From Perna viridis (lineage: Eukaryota): a DNA stretch of 64,000 nt. Below, one piece after another: positions 13,101 to 26,200 of the stretch. A model generated the notes under the pieces. It did not search any database and was not told where the DNA came from. It saw nothing but the letters and a program-made list of their open reading frames with translations. How positions within the stretch are numbered: the first letter of the stretch is position 1; every line of letters begins with the position of its first letter. Both the position numbers and the translations under genes were made by a program. The stretch lies in the NCBI GenBank assembly GCA_037379345.1, contig CM074517.1:21638001-21702000 (forward strand), in the 5' to 3' direction.

Positions 13101-13404
13101 ATGTAAGAAATGAAAATCATTTTTTACATTTTTGTTTTTAAGATGAGTGTTTTGTGAATGTGCTTATTGTCCCATTCCTTCAATATGAGTTAAGCCAACT
13201 TAAGGATTCGTTTAAGCGAAATTAGTTTGGGGGTATTCTATTTGTGAGCTCCCTTTTGTAAAATTCGAATGAAAAATGATGCAAATACTCGTGTCTAAAT
13301 ATAATTTGGGTGGCATGTGCAAAAGATAATCATCCAAGTTGATTTAAGTGATTTTTAATTTTAACGTTCTCCTTATTTTAAAAGAATTCCAATACATACA
13401 TGAA

Positions 13405-14267
13405 TGGGACTCTTGTGGTTTTGTACAAAATTTAGTTTTGTTCAACAAAAATAAGTTCAGATTAACAAAATTTATAACATACTGAAAAACTTTAAAATTT
13501 TGTCATACAAAGTAATCTTTCAAAGGACAAAAGTTACTTTTGTCATGACAAATTCATTTTTGTATCACAGACTTTACTTTCATTACCTAGTTTGAATATT
13601 GTGTGACAAAAGTCAATTTTGTATGCAAATTAGTTTAGTAGGAACTTTTTTTTAAACTAATTTACATACAAAACTGAGAAATATTTGGACAAAATTAAAT
13701 TTTGTCATTGCAAAATCACTTTTGCATGCAATTTAACACAAAATTCACTTTTTTTTTGACACAAAAGTCACTTTTGTGTCACAAAAGTCAATTTTTTATT
13801 GAAATTATTTTACAGAATCTTTGAATATGCAAATTAATTTTCTCATCACGATTTTGCAAGGTTTCTCATTGGATGTAGTAACCACGGGTCTCGCAGAAGC
13901 AGGTTTCCGATTATTTCGAGCAAGAACATATCATATGGGTGATGAGCTATTCCGCAAAAATAAGTAATACCTAATGAGTATCACTTACTTTTGCAGAGTA
14001 GCGCATCAACCATATGATATGCCCTTGCTCGAAGTAATCGGAAACCTGCGAGAGCCGCGGATACTATATCATATGAGAGGCCTTCTTTCAAAATCATAAT
14101 GAGAGAACTCATTTGAATTTTGTTAATTTACAGAAATGAATTTTGTCATTACAAAATTGAAGTGATCATAAAACAAGTCTGTATAATATGTTATGACAGA
14201 ATTCGATATTGTGTACACAAAATTGATTTTGGTTACAAAAAGATCAAGTCCGATTCGGCGCCCCGTA
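13405..14267. repeat. Decayed element with TTTTGT(C/G)...ACAAAA short repeats, hosting the palindrome
   Basis: Repeated TTTTGTCAT.ACAAAA motifs on both sides of the palindrome; right end ...TTCGGCGCCCCGTA. Boundaries approximate. Confidence 0.45.
13830..14115. mobile_element. Foldback/MITE-like long palindrome
   Basis: About 140-bp imperfect arms (e.g. GCAGGTTTCCGATTATTTCGAGCAAG / CTTGCTCGAAGTAATCGGAAACCTGC) around a 7-nt loop at 13971-13977. Confidence 0.85.
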
Positions 14268-15757
14268 TTAGAAACACTCATTTTTACACAAATATATGCA
14301 TGAGTTCGTGCTTCGAAATCAGATAAACAACGAAGACATTCTAGAAAGAATATATTTTAAAAACTGTCAAGTGCTTCACTGTAATGTTTTAAGTTGATGA
14401 AACATACATTAAAAGCGTTGATAAAGTCGTTGGATCACCCGGTGAATATTTTGCTGATTACCAGTTCAGTTGTATCTGAAACATATTTTTTTGTCGAATT
14501 TATTAAAAATAACTGATGAAATATGTCATTTTATATCAAATGTATATGCATGTGGTGTATTTTGTGAGTTCTGGTCATTGTAAAAAAAAACACGCTTATA
14601 TATTCCGTCACTCGACAAAGAAACACAAACCATTCCACCGCAGTCTTTAAAAACTCTTTGAAATAGCCATTAATTTAGTTTTGCAATTCACAATATGACA
14701 TTATTTGCCCTTCAAACATTTGCAGGCTTAAATTATGAGGGTCTTTCATCTTGTTCAATTTTAGCTTATATTAAGCCAAATCATCAAAACTGGACCCTTC
14801 TAGGCAATGTTTTAAAAGGGGGTAGTAAGGTAAAAAGGAAAGAGTATGTCTGTTTCCTGCTACTTTTTGTGCCTTCCCTTTTTGTGGCCATTTTGCACAG
14901 ATAGTGTTAAAGTCTGGAAAGTTTCCCTTTTAACTCAATGTAAATGTTTTTTTTTAAATAAAATAATTTCAGTACTTACTTACCCTAATGATTTCCTGTT
15001 GGTAGCAAGAAAGAAGACTATTTTTTATCCCACATTTAAAAAAATCTCTTTCTTCATAATTTAAGGTAATTCGTTGACATTCTGATGGTTTCATTCTTAT
15101 ACAAAATGTATATTTATAAAATAACAGGCAAAATGTGTAGAAGGTGTGCCACATGAAGTATGAATACACAGAGATTTTACTGCATTATCCAAGTATTTAT
15201 ACTTTATAACCTCAAGAAATTACTGTCAAAGTGTTTGTAAAGTTTGCCTTTTTAAACTATTGATAATTCAAATTTAGTTGAAATGCACAATGGAAAAATG
15301 GCGGGAAAATTTTTCCGAAGTTTTTCCTTATATAAGCAGTCAAAAATATCTACGTCACAATGCTTCCGGATAAATTCATGTAGCTTTTCATTTGTTTTCT
15401 AGATGTATTTGAATATATTTGAGAAAAAAAGACCAAATTGAGAAAAATGCCTAATTCTTACACAGAATGGTACTTAATACTTAGGTTGAAATAGACCCCT
15501 CCTCTATGCACCTCCACTCACCAATTCCAATATGATATTCAGTTACTCTTATAAACCCACTTAGGGTATATATTACCTATTACATGGAGCGTTCCTTTCT
15601 GTATACGGACATATATATTTTCATTTAACTAACAGTGTTGAAATTATGTAAAAATAGTATGTTCAAAATATTTTAAAAGAAGTTTTGATGTAATTTTTTA
15701 AAGGCGGGATAATGTTCGATAGATATTGGTGACACCCAATTTTCTTTTTAAAATATG

Positions 15758-15922
15758 AAAGAGTAATCAAGGGAACGAAGGTTATAGCGGTTATCAAAAA
15801 TGTAATCCATGGACAAAGACCAGACATGGAAAACCGACATACACAACAAAGAACATAAAATAACTGAAAATCATACATACAAAGTAGCAAAAGCAAATGA
15901 GCAACTCAGACTCCGCTAAAAA
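15758..15922 (-). repeat. Copy of the 3' terminus of the Penelope-like element
   Basis: Aligns with 5083-5240 and starts at the same AAAGAGTAATCAAGGGAAC boundary. Confidence 0.8.
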
Positions 15923-16592
15923 AGAATGTCAGTTAACTGTTCTTTATATAATTTTTTAAGAAATTTTATATACAACATGTACCTGTTCTTTATAAGTACG
16001 TGAAACAGTGAAAATTCCCTTCAAAATCAATGTAAATTGTTGTAAACAAATTGCCTTTATTAAGACTCAATTATCTCGATATCATGTTCGGTGACCTATG
16101 TTTTTAAATTAAAATTCTGCAGTTTGTTCATTCAAGTATGAGATAAACTAAGAAAATCTATCTACTAAAAATATTAGGTGTGACCTATCTTGAATCAGTC
16201 TGTCACAATGAATAAATAAATAAATAAATAAAAATAAAAAAAAACAAACGAACTCAAGCATATTGTTTTTTTTTTGGGGGGGGGGATACGTTTAAGAAAA
16301 AAGAACCAAATTCTTGTGCTTTGATACTACAAAATTGTATAATCTACTATGTATCGATACTATAATAACTGTAAAAATGTCTTAAAAATTATTTTATAAC
16401 CACCAGATGCATACTGAATTAAAGTACAAAACTCTTCTACAGCCCGTGCACACGAACCAATATCCAAATTTTAAAATGGCTCCAAGTGTAAGTAAATTGA
16501 ACCACAGATTTATAATGAGAACAGACTTTAAAACATTTGCTTTTATGTTGTTTCAGGTAATGAGGTTTCTATCAGAATCAAATTATTGTCCC

Positions 16593-16594
<2 letters not shown>

Positions 16595-16627
<33 letters not shown>
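16595..16627. repeat. (TA)16 microsatellite
   Basis: Seen directly. Confidence 0.95.
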
Positions 16628-16629
<2 letters not shown>

Positions 16630-16652
16630 CAAAAGAGATGCAAATGTCTCGG

Positions 16653-16821
16653 CAGTGCCGGATCCAAAGGGGGGATGCAGGGTCCCCCCTTTATTGGAAG
16701 TTTTGTCATTTTCATGTGCAAAATTGACAATAAAATGGCAAGTTATGCCTTAGCATCCTCCATTTTTCTATGGTATCCCGGCTAACACCCCTCCTTTTCA
16801 AAGTGTCTGGAAACGCCCCTG
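16653..16821. mobile_element. Short MITE with imperfect TIRs
   Basis: CAGTGCCGGATCCA ... TGGAAACGCCCCTG, with CTCGG directly repeated on both flanks. Confidence 0.5.
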
Positions 16822-17099
16822 CTCGGTCAATCGGACCTTTAATGCAGAGTGTTTTTTTTTTGGGGGGGGGGAAATGTGCCCTCCGATTATGCAAAGAAAA
16901 CATAAACATATTTTAGCATTCATACGTTTATCTGATATATTATTATTATTTGATGAGCATGGACAGTCATACATTTGTGATCTATAAAATACCAGAACTG
17001 TCACAAATGCATAGCTTTAAAAGTGTCGATTCTTCTCAACATGATATGTGGGATCAAGGTTTTTCAATAATGCAATAAAAACAAATTAGATTCTAAAAT

Positions 17100-17155
17100 A
17101 TTACATAATCTTTTTCAGATTCGTAGTATAAGGAAATGTTTAGAGATGTTTCCAG
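17100..17155 (+). promoter_or_regulatory. Candidate 3' splice acceptor(s) upstream of the start codon
   Basis: CATAATCTTTTTCAG (AG at 17117-17118) and a weaker GTTTCCAG (AG at 17154-17155). Suggests a non-coding upstream exon that I could not locate. Confidence 0.5.
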
Positions 17156-17185
17156 ATTTAATTGCTTGATCAAGAAAACAAGACA

Positions 17186-17245
17186 ATGGAATATACATCG
17201 TTAAAGGCTATTTTATTGTTCTTGTTTTGCTTAATAGCAATGTCA
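17186..17245 (+). other. Predicted N-terminal signal peptide
   Basis: MEYTSLK (polar/basic n-region), AILLFLFCLIA (hydrophobic core), MS-IE (small residues at -3/-1: A-M-S). Cleavage site is an estimate. Confidence 0.8.
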
Positions 17246-20200
17246 ATAGAAATAAACTCTTCTTTAAAGACCAACAACAATCAGACAAAATCCCGAAGTT
17301 CAGAGAAGCCGGATGCAACAGCAATGATTTTAGCAGGAGTATCGAATCCAGATTTACGAAATGTGAAGCATAAACAAAATCACATACATAATTTACCTCA
17401 CACAGGAGTGAAAATATCTTCAAGTGAAACTGGAAAAGAATCAAAACCAAAAGGGATTCGAATCCCAACTCCAATTCCGTTTGATGGACTGATGAAACAA
17501 ACAAAAGCTAAAAGAATTCGAAAAAAACTTAAGTCAAAAAGAAATCAGACACTTATTATATCTACGACACATACGACTCCAACTATATTGACTAAAACTA
17601 AAACATTACGTCAACCATATACTACAATTCAAAAACAGATTACAAGAACTACCAGTCAGACATCATCCTCTAAAAATACTCCAAAACTGCCTACGGCGAC
17701 ATCAGATGATACACTACATACATCAAATAGAACTGATGTGCTAGATTCGTTGACTCGCATACAGACACAAAGTCCACAACTTACTACTATTCAAGCACCA
17801 ATAGCTACAACAAGAAAGAGCCATACGGAACGATTTACAACTGAAACGCAACCCATAACATTTCAAACTCCGCCACCACATACTTTAACAAGAAATCAGG
17901 AAACTCCATCGTCAACTGGAACGCAGACACAAACTTCATCTGTTTCAACTCAGAAACTACCAACGTCACATTTAACTGACACCCAAACTGTATTGACTAC
18001 AACAGATCAACCAAATGTTCATGGAAATACAGAGTTAATTTCTAAGTCAATTGGAGATCAGACATTGACAGGATATATGAAAACTGGGAAACCGCGTAAG
18101 ACAACAACAATGCATACGCCATCTAAGTCAAGAGGCACAAGAAGTCAAACAGAAACAACATCTTATGAAACTCGGACTTCACTGACAACATCTGGGACTC
18201 AATCCCCACCATCTACATTTAGAAATCACATAAATACTTCATCTAGTAGAACTTCCACTGTATCGAAACCAACAGGAACTCGGACGCCACCTACATCGCC
18301 AAAATCACATACTGGTGAATCCACTCCATCTGATGAACTGAAGAAACAAACAAAAGCTAGGAGAACTCGACAACCACATAAGCCAACAAAAACTGAGACA
18401 CCTAGTATATCTACGAGATCTGAGACTCCAACTATATTGACTAGAACTCAGACATCGCGTCAACCATATACTACAATTCAAAAACAGATTACAAGAACTA
18501 CCAGTCAGACATCATCCTCTAAAAATACTCCAAAACTGCCTACGGCGACATCAGATGATACACTACATACATCAAATAGAACTGATGTGCTAGATTCGTT
18601 GACTCGCATACAGACACAAAGTCCACAACTTACTACTATTCAAGCACCAATAGCTACAACAAGAAAGAGCCATACGGAACGATTTACAACTGAAACGCAA
18701 CCCATAACATTTCAAACTCCGCCACCACATACTTTTACAAGAAATCAGGAAACTCCATCGTCAACTGGAACGCAGACACAAACTTCATCTGTTTCAACTC
18801 AGAAACTACCAACGTCACATTTAACTGAAACCCAAACTGAATTGACTACAACAGATCAACCAAATGTTCATGGAAATACAGAGTTAATTTCTAAGTCAAT
18901 TGGAGATCAGACATTGACAGGATATATGAAAACTGGGAAACCGCGTAAGACAACAGCAATGCATACGCCATCTAAGTCAAGAGGCACAAGAAGTCAAACA
19001 GAAACAACATCTTATGAAACTCGGACTTCACTGACAACATCTGGGACTCAATCCCCACCATCTACATTTAGAAGTCACATAAATACTTCATCTAGTAGAA
19101 CTTCCACTGTATCGAAACCAACAGGAACTCGGACGCCACCTACATCGCCAAAATCACATACTGGTGAATCCACTCCATCTGATGAACTAAAGAAACAAAC
19201 AAAAGCTAGGAGAACTCGACAACCACATAAGCCAACAAAAACTGAGACACCTAGTATATCTACGAGATCTGAGACTCCAACTATATTGACTAGAACTCAG
19301 ACATCGCGTCAACCATATACTACAATTCAAAAACAGATTACAAGAACTACCAATCAGACATCATCCTCTAAAAATACTCCAAAACTGCCTACGGCGACAT
19401 CAGATGATACACTACATACATCAAATAGAACTGATGTGCTAGATTCGTTGACTCGCATACAGACACAAAGTCCACAACTTACTACTATTCAAGCACCAAT
19501 AGCTACAACAAGAAAGAGCCATACGGAACGATTTACAACTGAAACGCAACCCATAACATTTCAAACTCCGCCACCACATACTTTTACAAGAAATCAGGAA
19601 ACTTCATCGTCAACTGGAACGCAGACACAAACTTCATCTGTTTCAACTCAGAAACTACCAACGTCACATTTAACTGAAACCCAAACTGAATTGACTACAA
19701 CAGATCAACCAAATGTTCATGGAAATACAGAGTTAATTTCTAAGTCAATTGGAGATCAGACATTGACAGGATATATGAAAACTGGGAAACCGCGTAAGAC
19801 AACAGCAATGCATACGCCATCTAAGTCAAGAGGCACAAGAAGTCAAACAGAAACAACATCTTATGAAACTCGGACTTCACTGACAACATCTGGGACTCAA
19901 TCCCCACCATCTACATTTAGAAGTCACATAAATACTTCATCTAGTAGAACTTCCACTGTATCGAAACCAACAGGAACTCGGACGCCACCTACATCGCCAA
20001 AATCACATACTGGTGAATCCACTCCATCTGATGAACTAAAGAAACAAACAAAAGCTAGGAGAACTCGACAACCACATAAGCCAACAAAAACTGAGACACC
20101 TAGTATATCTACGAGATCTGAGACTCCAACTATATTGACTAGAACTCAGACATCGCGTCAACCATATACTACAATTCAAAAACAGATTACAAGAACTACC

Positions 20201-23200
20201 AATCAGACATCATCCTCTAAAAATACTCCAAAACTGCCTACGGCGACATCAGATGATACACTACATACATCAAATAGAACTGATGTGCTAGATTCGTTGA
20301 CTCGCATACAGACACAAAGTCCACAACTTACTACTATTCAAGCACCAATAGCTACAACAAGAAAGAGCCATACGGAACGATTTACAACTGAAACGCAACC
20401 CATAACATTTCAAACTCCGCCACCACATACTTTTACAAGAAATCAGGAAACTTCATCGTCAACTGGAACGCAGACACAAACTTCATCTGTTTCAACTCAG
20501 AAACTACCAACGTCACATTTAACTGAAACCCAAACTGAATTGACTACAACAGATCAACCAAATGTTCATGGAAATACAGAGTTAATTTCTAAGTCAATTG
20601 GAGATCAGACATTGACAGGATATATGAAAACTGGGAAACCGCGTAAGACAACAGCAATGCATACGCCATCTAAATCAAGAGGCACCAGAAATCAAACAGA
20701 AACAACATCTTATGAAACTCGGACTTCACTGACAACATCTGGGACTCAATCCCCACCATCTACATTTAGAAGTCACATAAATACTTCATCTAGTAGAACT
20801 TCCACTGTATCGAAACCAACAGGAACTCGGACGCCACCTACATCGCCAAAATCACATACTGGTGAATCCACTCCATCTGATGAACTGAAGAAACAAACAA
20901 AAGCTAGGAGAACTCGACAACCACATAAGCCAACAAAAACTGAGACACCTAGTATATCTACGAGATCTGAGACTCCAACTATATTGACTAGAACTCAGAC
21001 ATCGCGTCAACCATATACTACAATTCAAAAACAGATTACAAGAACTACCAGTCAGACATCATCCTCTAAAAATACTCCAAAACTGCCTACGGCGACATCA
21101 GATGATACACTACATACATCAAATAGAACTGATGTGCTAGATTCGTTGACTCGCATACAGACACAAAGTCCACAACTTACTACTATTCAAGCACCAATAG
21201 CTACAACAAGAAAGAGCCATACGGAACGATTTACAACTGAAACGCAACCCATAACATTTCAAACTCCGCCACCACATACTTTTACAAGAAATCAGGAAAC
21301 TTCATCGTCAACTGGAACGCAGACACAAACTTCATCTGTTTCAACTCAGAAACTACCAACGTCACATTTAACTGAAACCCAAACTGAATTGACTACAACA
21401 GATCAACTAAATGTTCATGTAAATACAGAGTTAATTTCTAAGTCAATTGGAGATCAGACATTGACAGGATATATGAAAACTGGGAAACCGCGTAAGACAA
21501 CAACAATGCATACGCCATCTAAGTCAAGAGGCACAAGAAGTCAAACAGAAACAACATCTAATGAAACTCGGACTTCACTGACAACATCTGGGACTCAATC
21601 CCCACCATCTACATTTAGAAGTCACATAAATACTTCATCTAGTAGAACTTCCACTGTATCGAAACCAACAGGAACTCGGACGCCACCTACATCGCCAAAA
21701 TCACATACTGGTGAATCCACTCCATCTGATGAACTGAAGAAACAAACAAAAGCTAGGAGAACTCGACAACCACATAAGCCAACAAAAGCTGAGACACCTA
21801 GTAAGTCTACGAGATCTGAGACTCCAACTATATTGACTAGAACTCAGACATCGCGTCAACCATATACTGAAATTCAAAAACAGATTACAAGAACTACCAG
21901 TCAGACATCATCCTCTAAAAATACTCCAAAACTGCCTACGGCGACATCAGATGATACACTACATACATCAAATAGAACTGATGTGCTAGATTCGTTGACT
22001 CGCATACAGACACAAAGTCCACAACTTACTACTATTCAAGCACCAATACCTACAGCAAGAAAGAGCCATACGGAACGATTTACAACTGAAACGCAACCCA
22101 TAACATTTCAAACTCCGCCACCACATACTTTAACAAGAAATCAGGAAACTCCATCGTCAACTGGAACGCAGACACAAACTTCATCTGTTTCAACTCAGAA
22201 AATACCAACGTCACATTTAACTGACACCCAAACTGTATTGACTACAACAGATCAACCAAATGTTCATGGAAATACAGAATTAATTTCTAAGTCAATTGGA
22301 GATCAGACATTGACAGGATCTATGAAAACTGGGAAACCGCGTAAGACAACAACAATGCATACGCCATCTAAGTCAAGAGGCACAAGAAGTCAAACAGAAA
22401 CAACATCTAATGAAACTCGGACTTCACTGACAACATCTGGGACTCAATCCCCACCATCTACATTTAGAAGTCACATAAATACTTCATCTAGTAGAACTTC
22501 CACTGTATCGAAACCAACAGGAACTCGGACGCCACCTACATCGCCAAAATCACATACTGGTGAATCCACTCCATCTGATGAACTGAAGAAACAAACAAAA
22601 GCTAGGAGAACTCGACAACCACATAAGCCAACAAAAACTGAGACACCTAGTATATTTACGAGATCTGAGACTCCAACTATATTGACTAGAACTCAGACAT
22701 CGCGTCAACCATATACTACAATTCAAAAACAGATTACAAGAACTACCAGTCAGACATCATCCTCTAAAAATACTCCAAAACTGCCTACGGCGACATCAGA
22801 TGATACACTACATACATCAAATAGAACTGATGTGCTAGATTCGTTGACTCGCATACAGACACAAAGTCCACAACTTACTACTATTCAAGCACCAATAGCT
22901 ACAACAAGAAAGAGCCATACGGAACGATTTACAACTGAAACGCAACCCATAACATTTCAAACTCCGGCACCACATACTTTAACAAGAAATCAGGAAACTC
23001 CATCGTCAACTGGAACGCAGACACAAACTTCATTTGTTTCAACTCAGAAACTACCAACGTCACATTTAACTGACACCCAAACTATATTGACTACAACAGA
23101 TCAACTAAATGTTCATAGAAATACAGAGTTAATTTCTAAGTCAATTGGAGATCAGACATTGACAGGATATATGAAAACTGGGAAACCGCGTAAGACAACA

Positions 23201-26200
23201 GCAATGCATACGCCATCTAAGTCAAGAGGCACAAGAAGTCAAACAGAAACAACATCTTATGAAACTCGGACTTCACTGACAACATCTGGGACTCAATCCC
23301 CACCATCTACATTTAGAAGTCACATAAATACTTCATCTAGTAGAACTTCCACTGTATCGAAACCAACAGGAACTCGGACGCCACCTACATCGCCAAAATC
23401 ACATACTGGTGAATCCACTCCATCTGATGAACTGAAGAAACAAACAAAAGCTAGGAGAACTCGACAACCACATAAGCCAACAAAAACTGAGACACCTAGT
23501 ATATCTACGAGATCTGAGACTCCAACTATATTGACTAGAACTCAGACATCGCGTCAACCATATACTACAATTCAAAAACAGATTACAAGAACTACCAGTC
23601 AGACATCATCCTCTAAAAATACTCCAAAACTGCCTACGGCGACATCAGATGATACACTACATACATCAAATAGAACTGATGTGCTAGATTCGTTGACTCG
23701 CATACAGACACAAAGTCCACAACTTACTACTATTCAAGCACCAATAGCTACAACAAGAAAGAGCCATACGGAACGATTTACAACTGAAACGCAACCCATA
23801 ACATTTCAAACTCCGCCACCACATACTTTTACAAGAAATCAGGAAACTTCATCGTCAACTGGAACGCAGACACAAACTTCATCTGTTTCAACTCAGAAAC
23901 TACCAACGTCACATTTAACTGAAACCCAAACTGAATTGACTACAACAGATCAACCAAATGTTCATGGAAATACAGAGTTAATTTCTAAGTCAATTGGAGA
24001 TCAGACATTGACAGGATATATGAAAACTGGGAAACCGCGTAAGACAACAGCAATGCATACGCCATCTAAGTCAAGAGGCACAAGAAGTCAAACAGAAACA
24101 ACATCTTATGAAACTCGGACTTCACTGACAACATCTGGGACTCAATCCCCACCATCTACATTTAGAAGTCACATAAATACTTCATCTAGTAGAACTTCCA
24201 CTGTATCGAAACCAACAGGAACTCGGACGCCACCTACATCGCCAAAATCACATACTGGTGAATCCACTCCATCTGATGAACTAAAGAAACAAACAAAAGC
24301 TAGGAGAACTCGACAACCACATAAGCCAACAAAAACTGAGACACCTAGTATATCTACGAGATCTGAGACTCCAACTATATTGACTAGAACTCAGACATCG
24401 CGTCAACCATATACTACAATTCAAAAACAGATTACAAGAACTACCAATCAGACATCATCCTCTAAAAATACTCCAAAACTGCCTACGGCGACATCAGATG
24501 ATACACTACATACATCAAATAGAACTGATGTGCTAGATTCGTTGACTCGCATACAGACACAAAGTCCACAACTTACTACTATTCAAGCACCAATAGCTAC
24601 AACAAGAAAGAGCCATACGGAACGATTTACAACTGAAACGCAACCCATAACATTTCAAACTCCGCCACCACATACTTTTACAAGAAATCAGGAAACTTCA
24701 TCGTCAACTGGAACGCAGACACAAACTTCATCTGTTTCAACTCAGAAACTACCAACGTCACATTTAACTGAAACCCAAACTGAATTGACTACAACAGATC
24801 AACTAAATGTTCATGTAAATACAGAATTAATTTCTAAGTCAATTGGAGGTCAGACATTGACAGGATATATGAAAACTGGGAAACCGCGTAAGACAACAAC
24901 AATGCATACGCCATCTAAGTCAAGAGGCACAAGAAGTCAAACAGAAACAACATCTAATGAAACTCGGACTTCACTGACAACATCTGGGACTCAATCCCCA
25001 CCATCTACATTTAGAAGTCACATAAATACTTCATCTAGTAGAACTTCCACTGTATCGAAACCAACAGGAACTCGGACGCCACCTACATCGCCAAAATCAC
25101 ATACTGGTGAATCCACTCCATCTGATGAACTGAAGAAACAAACAAAAGCTAGGAGAACTCGACAACCACATAAGCCAACAAAAGCTGAGACACCTAGTAA
25201 GTCTACGAGATCTGAGACTCCAACTATATTGACTAGAACTCAGACATCGCGTCAACCATATACTGAAATTCAAAAACAGATTACAAGAACTACCAGTCAG
25301 ACATCATCCTCTAAAAATACTCCAAAACTGCCTACGGCGACATCAGATGATACACTACATACATCAAATAGAACTGATGTGCTAGATTCGTTGACTCGCA
25401 TACAGACACAAAGTCCACAACTTACTACTATTCAAGCACCAATACCTACAGCAAGAAAGAGCCATACGGAACGATTTACAACTGAAACGCAACCCATAAC
25501 ATTTCAAACTCCGCCACCACATACTTTAACAAGAAATCAGGAAACTCCATCGTCAACTGGAACGCAGACACAAACTTCATCTGTTTCAACTCAGAAAATA
25601 CCAACGTCACATTTAACTGACACCCAAACTGTATTGACTACAACAGATCAACCAAATGTTCATGGAAATACAGAATTAATTTCTAAGTCAATTGGAGATC
25701 AGACATTGACAGGATCTATGAAAACTGGGAAACCGCGTAAGACAACAACAATGCATACGCCATCTAAGTCAAGAGGCACAAGAAGTCAAACAGAAACAAC
25801 ATCTAATGAAACTCGGACTTCACTGACAACATCTGGGACTCAATCCCCACCATCTACATTTAGAAGTCACATAAATACTTCATCTAGTAGAACTTCCACT
25901 GTATCGAAACCCACAGGAACTCGGACGCCACCTACATCGCCAAAATCACATACTGGTGAATCCACTCCATCTGATGAACTGAAGAAACAAACAAAAGCTA
26001 GGAGAACTCGACAACCACATAAGCCAACAAAAACTGAGACACCTAGTATATCTACGAGATCTGAGACTCCAACTATATTGACTAGAACTCAGACATCGCG
26101 TCAACCATATACTACAATTCAAAAACAGATTACAAGATCTACCAGTCAGACATCATCCTCTAAAAATACTCCAAAACTGCCTACGGCGACATCAGATGAT

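Noticed and set aside
15290-15370. Possible promoter (AAAATGGCGGGAAA, TATATAAG, TACGTCA)
   Set aside because: Short motifs with no transcript evidence or convincing downstream donor; cannot be tied to the mucin gene.
6030-17504. Assorted 60-137 aa ORFs in the track
   Set aside because: No recognisable domains; many lie in repeats or low-complexity AT-rich DNA and are expected by chance.
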